Shown here one piece after another: positions 38,612 to 49,210 of a stretch of 64,000 bases of DNA (positions within the stretch are counted from its first letter, which is position 1; the number at the start of each line of letters is the position of its first letter). The position numbers were made by a program, and so were the translations under genes. Below the pieces are notes generated by a model. That model searched no databases, was not told where the DNA came from, and was given only the letters and a program-made list of their open reading frames with translations. Location: the IMG/VR virus record IMGVR_UViG_3300017913_001710, positions 1,219 through 65,218 of that record; one strand, written 5' to 3'. The DNA comes from a virus (taxonomy: Duplodnaviria; Caudoviricetes).

Positions 38612-39013
38612 ATGGAATTTAATGTAAGAGCTGTTACTGAAAGCGATTACGACAATGTACTTAAACCATGGTGGGACTCTTGGGGCTGGCAGGCTCCACC
38701 AAAAGACTTCCTTCCAGAAACAGGCATAATCGTATCAAAGAGTGGTATTGATATATGCGCAGGTTTTATGTACTTGACAAACTCGAAAGTAGCTCTTACA
38801 GAGTTCGTGGTATCTAACAAAGATTACAAGGATAGTGATCGCTCAGATGCTATAGAACTTCTGATATACTGTATCATTGAGTTGGCAGATAAAAATGGTT
38901 GTAAGTATGCGCATGTAATACTCAAGAACAAAAGTTTACTAGGCAAGTACAAAGCAGCAGGTTATATAGAATCAGATAAGAACGTTATAGAACTAATAAA
39001 AGTATGGCAATAG
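38612..39013 (+). CDS. GNAT-fold protein (T7 gp13-like position)
   Basis: R.VTESDY...ICAGFMY...EFVVSN...LLIYCIIELA.KNGCKY...KYKAAGY; lies between tail and ejection genes. Confidence 0.55.
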   Translation: MEFNVRAVTESDYDNVLKPWWDSWGWQAPPKDFLPETGIIVSKSGIDICAGFMYLTNSKVALTEFVVSNKDYKDSDRSDAIELLIYCIIELADKNGCKYAHVILKNKSLLGKYKAAGYIESDKNVIELIKVWQ

Positions 39014-39684
39014 CAACAGGAACAGCGATAGCACTAGGTATCAGCGCTGCCGCTGGTGCAGGTCAGGCAATAGCTGGTGCTCAGAAATCTAAGAAAGCTA
39101 AAGCCGCAATGCGTGAGTTTGAGAAAAACAGGCAAGACCTAACTAAAGGAACAGAGGGACTACGTGTTTCAACGCTTGGTGCAGAACTAAGATCAAGAGA
39201 AGCTTCAAGAAGATTTGCAACTTCAGTAGATTCGCTACGATCAGGCGGTGTAAGAGGAGTTGTGGGTGGTCTCTCTAGAGCTGAGGCTGGACAGCAGCGT
39301 GTAACGCAACAGATAGCAGCAGATCTAGACAGGCAAGAAGCACAAATTAGAATGATGAAATTCCAAGAAGAGCAAACGCTTCGAAGTATGCGTGAATCAA
39401 GAGAGGCACAGAAGCAAGGTATGTTGATGGCTGAAAGACAGCAAGGTCAAGAGATGATGATGGCAGGTATAGGTCAAGTTGGATCGGCTGTCATGACTGG
39501 TATAACTTCGATGGAAAGCATGCAGTCAAAAGCACCTACAATAAAGCCATCAGGAACGGACTTTAGAGTTCAGTCAGCAGGTTTAACGCCACCACCAATG
39601 CCCAAGGTGAATCTAGCTTCAGGATATATTCCGCCTCCACCGAAACCATTGAACGTGGACTTTTCATCATTAAACGACTTATAA
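39004..39684 (+). CDS. Internal virion/ejection protein (small)
   Basis: Gly/Ala hydrophobic N-terminus (AIALGISAAAGAGQAIAG) and Gln/Arg helices. Confidence 0.65.
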   Translation: MAIATGTAIALGISAAAGAGQAIAGAQKSKKAKAAMREFEKNRQDLTKGTEGLRVSTLGAELRSREASRRFATSVDSLRSGGVRGVVGGLSRAEAGQQRVTQQIAADLDRQEAQIRMMKFQEEQTLRSMRESREAQKQGMLMAERQQGQEMMMAGIGQVGSAVMTGITSMESMQSKAPTIKPSGTDFRVQSAGLTPPPMPKVNLASGYIPPPPKPLNVDFSSLNDL

Positions 39685-39685
39685 G

Positions 39686-41443
39686 ATGAGTGCAGCAGAT
39701 TTAACAGCAGGATACAGAGCCGCTGGTGGTGGCAAAGCAAATACATTAGACTTAACTGCTGCTGCAAGCGCAGTGGCTAAACACGGTCTTGAACAAGCTG
39801 AATTAACACGTAAAAGACAAGAAGAGTTTGATAAGAATCGTGCAGACTTTAAGGCTAAGATGCAAGAGTCTTACGATCAGTTTGTTTATGAAGACAACTT
39901 TGATGACACTGGTATACTCGAGCTGGATTCGGCAGGAGAGAAACTAAGAAACCAAATCAAAGCCAGCTACCTACAAACAGAGTGGGAGTACAATAATGGA
40001 TTGATAGACGAGGCAACAGTTAGAGCGAGAAACAACAACATCAAGGGACAAGTTAATGAGTTTTCTAATCTCACTGGAGATATTATAAAATGGGGAGAAG
40101 AAAAGGCGAAGCTTGAAGCTGAAGGAAAAGATAATAGGCTTAATGATTTTAGAGGAGATCTACTAGAAGCATATGCAAAGAATTTCAAGGTAAAGTCTAC
40201 AGGTGCAGGACTTGTTATGTCAACAGTTATAGATAAACAAGAAGTCGATGTGCCTGCAAGCCAATTCAAGCGAGTGATGCAAACCGATCAGGCTGTTGAT
40301 ATAGAGGCTGACCTTGACGACCTTGTGAAGCTAGGTGGTTTAGAAGAAAAGATACAGGGCTGGGGACGTGATGCTAAAAAGATAACGGACTACACACGAG
40401 GTAAGGAAGGGCAGGCTTTAATTAAGACGAGAGTAGATCAGTGGTCAGCTGCTGAAACTATGGACTACGCCTTAAAGAGAGGTTTAGTAACTGATGATCC
40501 TAACGATAAGAGTAAACCATACTTAGGATTAGACGCTGTATTTGCTGATGACGTTCAAGATGAAGTTAAAGAGGCTGTTTATAAAAGCATGGCTGAGGAG
40601 CTAGACAATCGTCTACAGTTCAAGCAGAAGAAAGAACTATACAATGACACGTTTGCTCTTGCTGCTACTAAGCAAGCATATGCTAGAGAGAATAGGAGAA
40701 AGGAGAAACAAGTATTGAAATCTGCTGATCTGAAAGTCACAGATGAAATAAGTGGAGACAAGAGAAATGTTAGAGAGTTCTACCCAACAAATGGTAAGGG
40801 TATAGAACTTTCATATGTAGTTCAAGATCCAGGAAACAACATGAGTCGTGCATTCGCAGATTCGATTGAAGGAAAGGCAGGACACCCAGTCCCTCTTAAT
40901 GCTATAAAGAGCACTAAGTATATGAAGGAGAGAATCGATATGAGCACTGGGAAGATTGAAGTGACTCTTGGATATGACTTCCAACAGACTGAAGAGGAGA
41001 TCTACGAACAGATCAACGGGTTCACAGATGAACAATACTCAGACTACATAGATGGCATTGTAAAGATGCATAATCAAAATGTATCCAATAGCAGCACATC
41101 ACGCACTGTAGATACTGGACGAAAAGATGAAGATGGAAACCCAATAACAAGAACTGAATCTGGCTCAGGAGGTCAAATAATAGACTCAGCTACAGCTGAA
41201 GAGATGAAGAAAGACAGACAAAGAGGTGTTAGTTTTGCTACAACTCAGATGCCTAAAGATGGATCTGGTACTTTCAAGTATGTACCAAGAACCCTGTCTG
41301 AATACAACACCATACTTTCTGCTACAAACAGAGATCCAATATCAAACGAAGAGTGGGATCAGTTCTTTATTGCTAAGCAAGCTGACAAGGTTAAGAGTCA
41401 AGCATATACGAAGCACAATAAGAAACAATCAAGAAATCAATAA
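39686..41443 (+). CDS. Internal virion/ejection protein (medium)
   Basis: 585 aa, helical and charged; second gene of the three-gene ejection cluster. Confidence 0.6.
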   Translation: MSAADLTAGYRAAGGGKANTLDLTAAASAVAKHGLEQAELTRKRQEEFDKNRADFKAKMQESYDQFVYEDNFDDTGILELDSAGEKLRNQIKASYLQTEWEYNNGLIDEATVRARNNNIKGQVNEFSNLTGDIIKWGEEKAKLEAEGKDNRLNDFRGDLLEAYAKNFKVKSTGAGLVMSTVIDKQEVDVPASQFKRVMQTDQAVDIEADLDDLVKLGGLEEKIQGWGRDAKKITDYTRGKEGQALIKTRVDQWSAAETMDYALKRGLVTDDPNDKSKPYLGLDAVFADDVQDEVKEAVYKSMAEELDNRLQFKQKKELYNDTFALAATKQAYARENRRKEKQVLKSADLKVTDEISGDKRNVREFYPTNGKGIELSYVVQDPGNNMSRAFADSIEGKAGHPVPLNAIKSTKYMKERIDMSTGKIEVTLGYDFQQTEEEIYEQINGFTDEQYSDYIDGIVKMHNQNVSNSSTSRTVDTGRKDEDGNPITRTESGSGGQIIDSATAEEMKKDRQRGVSFATTQMPKDGSGTFKYVPRTLSEYNTILSATNRDPISNEEWDQFFIAKQADKVKSQAYTKHNKKQSRNQ

Positions 41444-41447
41444 GTAG

Positions 41448-44400
41448 ATGAATCAAGACAACAAGAAAAAGCCTGTAGATCCTTCAGCAGCTGGAAGTCC
41501 AGACAATGAAGCTTTAGGTCTATCTTATGGTGTATTCGTAGATGGAGGATACACAGGGAGTCATTCTGACTTTTTTCAGTTAATGTGTACAAATCAAGAG
41601 GCTCTTGAGACAGCATATGATGATGCACTTGGTATGGGTTATGAGGATTCTATAGAAGACTTCAAAGCCTTATTGGGTGTTACTCAGGCGCAGAACAATG
41701 TACTTAATGATGAAGATTTAAAAAAAAAAGTTACAGCTTCCGACTCGGAGTTTGGACCATCACCATTTCCAGATAAAGATGATTCTATATTCGCCAAGGA
41801 AAGAGCGATACAAGAAAAGTATTTAGAAGAATACGAAAAACAAAGGCAAGAAGATGCTATAAAAGCATTGAAGGAAGCCAGACCTGATCTAGATTTTCCA
41901 ACAACAGCTGAAGAGTTCTACGCAAAGAAAGGAGAAACTCCTCCTATGCTTGAAGCTACAACAGAGCAGAAGGATATTAAGGACATATCCGCTGATGAAA
42001 TGAAGCAGCGAGAGAAGAGAGCTAAGAAACAAGCCGTCCCACTCGGTGAAGACGATGCTGGTAAGTCAATCCTAAATACGGTAAGTAATGCGGTAGGTCA
42101 GTTAGCTTTGACTGACGACTGGATGAAGTACACCCTTGGAGTTATGCTACGTGATGGTGGTGAATACAACATTGAGCCATTAAGTAAACTAGGCATTAAG
42201 TGGACAGCAGAAGCAGAGAGTGAAATTGATAGAGTTCAATCTTACAGAAAAGCTGTTGCAAACTTTACAGATCAAGAAAGCATATCAATGAAACTTGCTG
42301 CGTTTGCAGATGGAGTTGCTGGTGTTGGTGTTAGTGCCGCACAAAACTACCTTACAATGGGCACTGGTCTAGCTGCATCTATGGTTGGGCAAAGCATAAA
42401 GACTTACAACGAAGAACGTGCACGTTCAAAAGGCATCACTGTAGATGAGCTATATGAGGAAGGTGGTTATGATATAGCTGTTCCAGCTCTTATTGGTGGA
42501 GTGAGTTATTCATTTGAAAAGTTAGGACTTGTGACCATGGGAAGGTCATTTAACTTAATGAACGCAAGTGCAAAGCAAGTTGTATCAAGATTCTTAACTT
42601 CCACAACCACAGAAGGAGGAACCGAAGGTCTTCAGTTTTTATCTGAAAAAATTAACGAATACTTGGGAGCCAACCCTGATTCAGTCAAGACGTTGGAGAT
42701 GATGCTTACACCAACAGGAGCTAATATTCCAATGGCTGTATCTAGAGATCCTGAGTTTGTGAAATTTTTATCAAGTCTTCCACTTGATCCAATGTTCCGT
42801 GAGTCTATATATAAAGGCATGGCTGGGGGTGGATTTGCCAGCGGAACTGGTATACTTACGTCAAGATATCTTAAGACCGCAGAGGAGTTATCGGTTCAAG
42901 ACGAAGCTATGAAGGGTCTTGAAAGAACTGCTGACATGAAGAACAAGAGGTCCTTAACTGACGAAGAGTCGCAGGCTGTAGAAACAGTAGAAGGACAGTA
43001 CTTCTCTAAGATAAAAGACGCTCAACTTAAAGTTGAGGCTATTGATAAAGAATTATCTGACACTGATCGTTCACGTGTTAACGAACTAGGTCAGAGCTTG
43101 CAGTCTTACAACAACCAACTTTTTGAGGTTCTTAATTCACCGAACATGAATGAGGAGCAAAAGAATATGGTCATCAAAGCTCTTGAAGAAAAAGCTAACG
43201 AGGCAAAGGCTGAGATAAAAACTATACGTGAAGCTGCGGAGAAAAGGTTAGCAGACAAACCCATCGCAGATCAAGAACAAACTACAAGCCAAGATCAAAC
43301 TACAGAGCAGGAAGTAGAAGCAGAAGTAGAAGCAGAAGTAGACGACTCTGTAGACTCTGATAAGGTTGATGGCACAATCAGAGAGCAATTCCAAGACTTA
43401 GATGATGTTGCTGATGCTGATCAAGTGGCGATACTAGATGCTGCTGATCAGGTAAAAACAATTATGCAAGATCAGGATCCTGATCTAAATATTGTGGTAC
43501 ACAAAACATCAGAATCGTACCAAGCGGCTACTGGCAAGAAAGGTAGAGGGGCTTACAATCCCAACCAGAAGACAATACATATTGATCTAACTAAGACCAA
43601 TGACAAGTCAACGATATACCACGAAACATTTCACGCCTTACTATTTAGCAAGTTAAAAAGCGATCCTGCGATACAACAAAAAACTAAAGAGCTTGTTGAG
43701 CTTATAAAGCCAAATCTAGATCCAGGCGTTCAAAATAAATTAGACGAGTTCACCTCCATGTATGACGACAATTTCCAAAGTGAGGAAGCTTTGACTCAAT
43801 TGTTTACATACCTAACTTCAGGAGAAGCAAACCTAGATAAGACTACCATTCAGAAGATTCAACAATGGATCAATGAAGTAGCAGATATGTTAGGTCTAAG
43901 TGCAATGAAGTTTACTGGAGAAAATATACAACGTGCTCAGGTTATTGATCAACTGAATGCGTTAGCTCAGTCGTTTCAAAAGGGTGAAGCCGTCACAGCA
44001 GAGCAAGCGCAGTTCTTAGGATCTGAAAAAGCTACTGAGACTGAAAGCCTGATTAGAGAGGAAAAGGTTGGTGAGTTTGAAAAGAACTACTACGAGGACA
44101 CTGATAAGTTTCAGAAGCTTATTGATGACAACAAAGTGGTGTTTGTCGGTAACGCAAAAGAATACATTGGTCCTGACAAGGAGGTTGTCGTCCACCAACC
44201 AGATAATATGTTTGTTGGAGACATATCACACAAGGGTAAGAAAATTATCAAGGGCGAAGGAGGTATATACTACATCTTGAATGCAGGAAACGTTTGGGCA
44301 TCTTCACCAAAAGCAACACGTACTTTAGTGAAGATGATTAATGAAGCGAGAGCAAAATCCAAGGATGGTAAAGCATACATGTTATTTGCTAGAGGTGCTC

Positions 44401-47400
44401 AAGATAAAATGATCAGCTCAACCATGGGTGTAAAAGCTAGCATGAAAGTGCTAGAGACTATGGTGGATGAAGGCATGATACCTAGATCTGATTTTAGATC
44501 ATCATTGAATAGAGTCGGAAAGAAGTATGGTATTGATTTTAGTGGCGCAGATTCTGCAATCGCTATTAAGCAAGATATAGAGACAAAGTTTATGAAGGCA
44601 GATGCTTCAACCTTTGAGAAGCGTGGCACATTCTTTAGTGATCTAATAGCCGACCTTGGTAATACAAGTGATTTTGTAAACACTCCAGAGAATAAGAAGA
44701 GAATACAGAAGTTCTTAGGATCAAAGAAACGTATATCGTTTTCAAAAGCAGGGATCAGAAATGCTATTGGAGATATGCTAACCGAAAGAATACTTCAAGA
44801 CCTACCAAACTCTCATGTATATGCAGCAGTAGAAGTTGATCAAGATGTTGAAGCGGTAGAGGATCCAACTCACGAAAGCTACAGCTCTGTGATAAAGCAG
44901 AAAGATGGTAGTAGACCACGATTGGTTGTCTTCAATCAAAGAGAAAGCGTAGATAAAGTATTAAAAACAAAAGACGGAGTAACAGCCGAGGAAGCTGGTA
45001 AGTCTTTTAGAGGTACGATAGGGATGGCTCAAGCTGGTATAGGTAGAGCTAGAATACGTGAACAAAAGGAAGACCTAGATCAAGCTCAAGGATACTTCGA
45101 ACAAAACCAGAAGGTTGCTGAGGATATGCAGAAGCGTGACAATGATCTAAATGATACATTTGTTAGACGTGTATGGAGAGCTATTTTTGATAGACAAGCA
45201 GACGTTAAAAGACTCTTCAAAGGAGACCCCGATAGAAGAGTTTACAATGCGTTAGTTACAGCGGCAGGTGCTGGAGCAAAAGCCAAGTACGACTTTGAGC
45301 AGGTAAGAAAAAACATATTTGATGGTTTGTCTGAGGCACAACAAAATGCACTGAACCAAATCATTGCTTTGAGGCGTGTGGTTGAAATCAATAGAACTAG
45401 ACAAGATAAAAGAGAGAGAGCTCAAGAGTTAGTTGATCAGTACGGTTCAGAGTTCACGCAAGATAAAGCTGACGAGATCATGGAAGATGACTTGCAGTTT
45501 TATTACGATTATGACAGCGACACTGGCAAGTACACCATTAGAGAGTTTAACGACTACGTAAGAAAGAACGAAAAAGGTGAGATCAACAAAGATTCTGCAC
45601 AAGGTGCTCTTGAACAGTTAAGAAGACTTGATCCAGAAGCATATGATGATTACATAAAGAGATCAGACTTTTATTTTGATGCATACAAAGATATGCTCAA
45701 GACTTTATATGATTCAGGGAGAATATCGAGAGGTTCTTACATGTACTTCAGAGATGTAAACTACTCCCCTATTCGTCTCGTCAAGACGGTTATAAAAGAC
45801 AATGAATCTTTATTCAAGGACAAGCTTGATCAGCAGGCTGGTGTGTATGGTATGACGGCTAAAGACATTCAGGCACTGACCGACAAGAATGAGAATGCTA
45901 TCATTGATGATGCTGAGTATATGCTTGCTATGTCTATGGCTGCTACACAAAGAAAAGCATTCAACAACAGGTTGATGCAGAAGGTGGTTGAGGAAGTAAG
46001 AAAAAACCCAGAAGCATTCGAGCAGTTTGTAACAGAGGAATCTGAAGGCTCAAAAGAAAAAGGGTTTGTTCCCATCAGATACTTTGATAAAGGAGAGCCA
46101 AAGCTGATTTACATAAAAGAAGCTATAGCTGCTCAACTTCTTGATATAAGAACACCTGGTTTGTTGACTAGTGAGCAACTACAAAACATAAGTAAGTTCA
46201 CAGGCGTATCTCTACTTAAAGCGTTTGCAACAGGAGCAAACCCTGCGTTTATTATTGGCAACACTGCAATGGATATCACAAATGTTGCTATGTTTACTGA
46301 CGTGTATAGCAAGGTCAAACCAGTAGCAGTTGCTCAGGTTAGTTTTGACTACATAAAGAATGCTATTGGAAAGATAGTGTCAGATGCAAAAGGCGAAGGA
46401 AACTTTAAAAAGATATACGAAGATTTTCTCGCTCATGGAGGAGGCATGGACTTCTTATCCCAGCAAGGGATAGACGCATACAAATCATTGAAAGCACCTA
46501 GCATACTTGGATACAAGATTGCACCAGCTAAGCGCCTAGTAAACGCAATGGCTTACCTAGGAACCATGTCAGAGCAGGCTGTAAGAGTATCTGTTTATCA
46601 GAAGGTACTTAACGACAAAATAAAAGAGTATCAAAAACTGAATGGACTTCGACCAAAAGGAGAAGCACTAAGGGATATTAAGCTTGCTGCTGCCGCAAAG
46701 TCAAGAGAGACTATAGATTTTAGTCAAGGAGGAAGATATGCGAAAGATGCTGATCACGCGTTTGCATATTTAAATGCGGCAGTTCAGGGTGTAAGAAGAC
46801 CTATAGATTTTGCAAGAGAAAATCCAGGGCAGTTCACTTCTAGTGTTGCTCAGGCTGCTGGGTTAGCATTCTTAGCGCCTATAGCTAACGCTTTGATACT
46901 TGGATTATCTGGATACGATGAAGAGGAAAGAAGAAAGATAATAAAGAAAATGCGTGAAGGATCTTCAAGGTATGAGAAGGCAAACTACATGCAGATCATC
47001 GACCCTAGAAGCCCGTTAGATAAGAATGGAAATGTAAACTACTATCGTGTTAGAAAACTGCCTGGACTAAATGTAATAACAACTCCAGCAACAGAGATGT
47101 ATTATAGTATGATTACTGGCGACAAGTATGAATGGGCATCTACAGGGCAATCAATAAAGAACACCTTGCCTTTTTCTGGAGGGTTTGTAGACGTGTTAGG
47201 AGGTAACCCACTCATTTCTTCTGGCTTTGCTTTAGGCAACATAGATTTATTTAGAGGTCAAGACGTTGTTAGACTTAACCCACGTAAACCAATTGACAAA
47301 ATTGCTGAAGTTGATGAGGATACAGCCGCACTATACAGGTATATTGCTGAGGGGTGGGATGCAACAGCAGGTAAATTAGGATTTGATACATTCAGTTCAC

Positions 47401-48017
47401 CAAAGAGAAATCAAGCAGCTATGGAGAAGTTGATCACAAACCCCTCAACGAACCCACTAGTTGGACTTCTTTATGCTGGTCCTGAAGCTATATATCAAAT
47501 GAAGAACAATGGTTTTGATACAAAATTTCTAATGACTCCAGTGACGGAACTTGCGAAAGGATTTGAGAAGCGACTTTACAGAACAACAAATCCAAACATA
47601 AAAATGTATGAACAGCAAGATAAGATTGAAGATAAAATCAAAGCGATCAACAGTAAAGAATATACTCTAAATAAAAAGGTGACAAAAATGATCCGTGATG
47701 TTTATGAAGGAAAGGATATGAAAAGTCTACCATCAGAAATCACTAGGTATATAAAAGAGAACTCAGACAAGCAAGACCATAAGAGGTTGATCAAGAAGTA
47801 TACACAAAGAGTAAAGAGCATGGGGGTTCCTGCTGAGTTTTTTAACATTGCTCATGCAGCATCAGATAAGGAAAGAGCTCTTCATATACAAGAAATATAT
47901 GGCGGCTCCTTAGACTCTGAAGAGAGACGTGAGCTAGAGAGATATATCAAAAGAATCTCTGGGAGAAGCATACCTAAGAAGACTTATGTTGAGTACAAGA
48001 AACTTATCAGTGAATAA
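41448..48017 (+). CDS. Large internal virion/ejection protein (2189 aa) with HExxH motif
   Basis: Last + strand gene; GAYNP...IHIDL...STIYHETFHALL zincin-like segment; hydrophobic helical C-terminal region resembling large polyvalent proteins. Confidence 0.7.
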   Translation: MNQDNKKKPVDPSAAGSPDNEALGLSYGVFVDGGYTGSHSDFFQLMCTNQEALETAYDDALGMGYEDSIEDFKALLGVTQAQNNVLNDEDLKKKVTASDSEFGPSPFPDKDDSIFAKERAIQEKYLEEYEKQRQEDAIKALKEARPDLDFPTTAEEFYAKKGETPPMLEATTEQKDIKDISADEMKQREKRAKKQAVPLGEDDAGKSILNTVSNAVGQLALTDDWMKYTLGVMLRDGGEYNIEPLSKLGIKWTAEAESEIDRVQSYRKAVANFTDQESISMKLAAFADGVAGVGVSAAQNYLTMGTGLAASMVGQSIKTYNEERARSKGITVDELYEEGGYDIAVPALIGGVSYSFEKLGLVTMGRSFNLMNASAKQVVSRFLTSTTTEGGTEGLQFLSEKINEYLGANPDSVKTLEMMLTPTGANIPMAVSRDPEFVKFLSSLPLDPMFRESIYKGMAGGGFASGTGILTSRYLKTAEELSVQDEAMKGLERTADMKNKRSLTDEESQAVETVEGQYFSKIKDAQLKVEAIDKELSDTDRSRVNELGQSLQSYNNQLFEVLNSPNMNEEQKNMVIKALEEKANEAKAEIKTIREAAEKRLADKPIADQEQTTSQDQTTEQEVEAEVEAEVDDSVDSDKVDGTIREQFQDLDDVADADQVAILDAADQVKTIMQDQDPDLNIVVHKTSESYQAATGKKGRGAYNPNQKTIHIDLTKTNDKSTIYHETFHALLFSKLKSDPAIQQKTKELVELIKPNLDPGVQNKLDEFTSMYDDNFQSEEALTQLFTYLTSGEANLDKTTIQKIQQWINEVADMLGLSAMKFTGENIQRAQVIDQLNALAQSFQKGEAVTAEQAQFLGSEKATETESLIREEKVGEFEKNYYEDTDKFQKLIDDNKVVFVGNAKEYIGPDKEVVVHQPDNMFVGDISHKGKKIIKGEGGIYYILNAGNVWASSPKATRTLVKMINEARAKSKDGKAYMLFARGAQDKMISSTMGVKASMKVLETMVDEGMIPRSDFRSSLNRVGKKYGIDFSGADSAIAIKQDIETKFMKADASTFEKRGTFFSDLIADLGNTSDFVNTPENKKRIQKFLGSKKRISFSKAGIRNAIGDMLTERILQDLPNSHVYAAVEVDQDVEAVEDPTHESYSSVIKQKDGSRPRLVVFNQRESVDKVLKTKDGVTAEEAGKSFRGTIGMAQAGIGRARIREQKEDLDQAQGYFEQNQKVAEDMQKRDNDLNDTFVRRVWRAIFDRQADVKRLFKGDPDRRVYNALVTAAGAGAKAKYDFEQVRKNIFDGLSEAQQNALNQIIALRRVVEINRTRQDKRERAQELVDQYGSEFTQDKADEIMEDDLQFYYDYDSDTGKYTIREFNDYVRKNEKGEINKDSAQGALEQLRRLDPEAYDDYIKRSDFYFDAYKDMLKTLYDSGRISRGSYMYFRDVNYSPIRLVKTVIKDNESLFKDKLDQQAGVYGMTAKDIQALTDKNENAIIDDAEYMLAMSMAATQRKAFNNRLMQKVVEEVRKNPEAFEQFVTEESEGSKEKGFVPIRYFDKGEPKLIYIKEAIAAQLLDIRTPGLLTSEQLQNISKFTGVSLLKAFATGANPAFIIGNTAMDITNVAMFTDVYSKVKPVAVAQVSFDYIKNAIGKIVSDAKGEGNFKKIYEDFLAHGGGMDFLSQQGIDAYKSLKAPSILGYKIAPAKRLVNAMAYLGTMSEQAVRVSVYQKVLNDKIKEYQKLNGLRPKGEALRDIKLAAAAKSRETIDFSQGGRYAKDADHAFAYLNAAVQGVRRPIDFARENPGQFTSSVAQAAGLAFLAPIANALILGLSGYDEEERRKIIKKMREGSSRYEKANYMQIIDPRSPLDKNGNVNYYRVRKLPGLNVITTPATEMYYSMITGDKYEWASTGQSIKNTLPFSGGFVDVLGGNPLISSGFALGNIDLFRGQDVVRLNPRKPIDKIAEVDEDTAALYRYIAEGWDATAGKLGFDTFSSPKRNQAAMEKLITNPSTNPLVGLLYAGPEAIYQMKNNGFDTKFLMTPVTELAKGFEKRLYRTTNPNIKMYEQQDKIEDKIKAINSKEYTLNKKVTKMIRDVYEGKDMKSLPSEITRYIKENSDKQDHKRLIKKYTQRVKSMGVPAEFFNIAHAASDKERALHIQEIYGGSLDSEERRELERYIKRISGRSIPKKTYVEYKKLISE

Positions 48018-48054
48018 AAAAAGAGACCTGGTTACTGTCTTCACCAAGTCTCTT
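48014..48054 (-). terminator. Hairpin with A-tract (terminator for - strand; may also stop + strand)
   Basis: AAGAGAC...GTCTCTT stem preceded by an A-run. Confidence 0.55.
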
Positions 48055-48105
48055 CAACAAAAATCCGATTTGTAAGCTTTCCTAATACTTACTCTGTAAA
48101 GATAA

Positions 48106-48148
48106 TAAAAAAACCCAATGGCGACTACTCCACTGGGTTCTTTTTTTT
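48106..48148. terminator. Bidirectional intrinsic terminator
   Basis: A-run, AACCCAATGG/CCACTGGGTT stem, then T8. Confidence 0.75.
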
Positions 48149-48221
48149 AATCTGTTTTAAGACTGACTAAAGGTCCGTAATGTTCGATGGTGTAAAGTTA
48201 CAACAACGTTCTGTAATAAAC

Positions 48222-48253
48222 AAAAAAAGCCCCCCTAAAATTTAGGAGGGCTA
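48222..48253 (-). terminator. Intrinsic terminator of the leftward operon
   Basis: AGCCC..CTAAA/TTTAGG.AGGGCT stem with an A7 run on its left (U-tract on the - strand). Confidence 0.7.
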
Positions 48254-48318
48254 CCAGCAATTAATTATCTCAAAATTGATGAATAACCTGAGCGATCAAC
48301 ATTATCATCACAACAAAC

Positions 48319-48768
48319 TTACAACAACTCTTTCAATAAACCAACAACAACCTCGCAATCTTTCTGGTTTCGTGGCATATAAAGAACTGGAGTCTGTCCT
48401 GTATCAACTAGGTGCTTCTTGAATAGCTTCCACCGTATAGGGAACGACTCGTTTGGATTACCCTTACACTCGATAATAAACCTAGGTGGTTCTTGTACAT
48501 CAATAAAGTCAGGTGTATACTTGATCGGAAGAATCTTCTTGTGTCCTTTATCATGGAGCACCTTCTTTGATGGGGTCTTTTCAAATGTAGACATGTTAAA
48601 ATCAAACCCATCCACAATGGTGAAAGTCTTGCCTTCATAGATGTTTGGTATTTTGTTCTTCTTCAAGAGCCTGTACATGTGTAGCTCCAGCTTACTTGCA
48701 AACTTTATTCCGTCCTGCTCAACCTTGGTTGAACGTGTTATTTGTTTCTTCTTAGAGCGTCTCCTCAT
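48319..48768 (-). CDS. PD-(D/E)XK endonuclease, T7 endonuclease I/Holliday-junction resolvase-like
   Basis: GIKFASKLE...YTPDF...IIECKG. Confidence 0.75.
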   Translation of the reverse strand: MRRRSKKKQITRSTKVEQDGIKFASKLELHMYRLLKKNKIPNIYEGKTFTIVDGFDFNMSTFEKTPSKKVLHDKGHKKILPIKYTPDFIDVQEPPRFIIECKGNPNESFPIRWKLFKKHLVDTGQTPVLYMPRNQKDCEVVVGLLKELL

Positions 48769-49210
48769 TGTCTTCTCTTATAGTGATGATGTCTTCTAGC
48801 TGGAGTATCTCGGAGAAGTAGTAGTATGCTTCCGTCTCATCCTTAGCTACACACCAGAAAGGATCCTCATCAAGTTCTATTGTCTGAGATGTTTGTGCTA
48901 TGTATCTATTAAGGTCATTGATCCCTTCTCTCCAAAGCATCTCCATTGTGCTCTCATAGAACCCCTCAAATTCATTGATGCATATCACCGCCTCATGATC
49001 AGTGCAGAACAACTCCTTTGCCTGCCACTGAACCTCTTCAGCTCTGTATGTGGTTATGTTTATATCTAGGCTTTCATGAACCTCAACGTAGTAGTATAGG
49101 TCTTCATCTTGATACTTGCTCATGAAGCCAATCATGAAGAAGCTTATCGATAAATATTCCTCAGCATTAAGTGCTCTGTTAAATACTACTCTGTCGCTTG
49201 CTAAGCTCAT
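48752..49210 (-). CDS. Hypothetical acidic protein
   Basis: 152 aa ORF overlapping its neighbours in the operon. Confidence 0.5.
   Translation of the reverse strand: MSLASDRVVFNRALNAEEYLSISFFMIGFMSKYQDEDLYYYVEVHESLDINITTYRAEEVQWQAKELFCTDHEAVICINEFEGFYESTMEMLWREGINDLNRYIAQTSQTIELDEDPFWCVAKDETEAYYYFSEILQLEDIITIREDNEETL

Noticed and set aside
43311-43342. GAAGTAGAAGCA tandem repeat in the ejection gene
   Set aside because: Short EVEA linker repeat, ordinary for a flexible acidic linker.
767-46318. Many 60-130 aa antisense or nested ORFs inside long genes
   Set aside because: Typical shadow ORFs with no start context or recognisable motifs.
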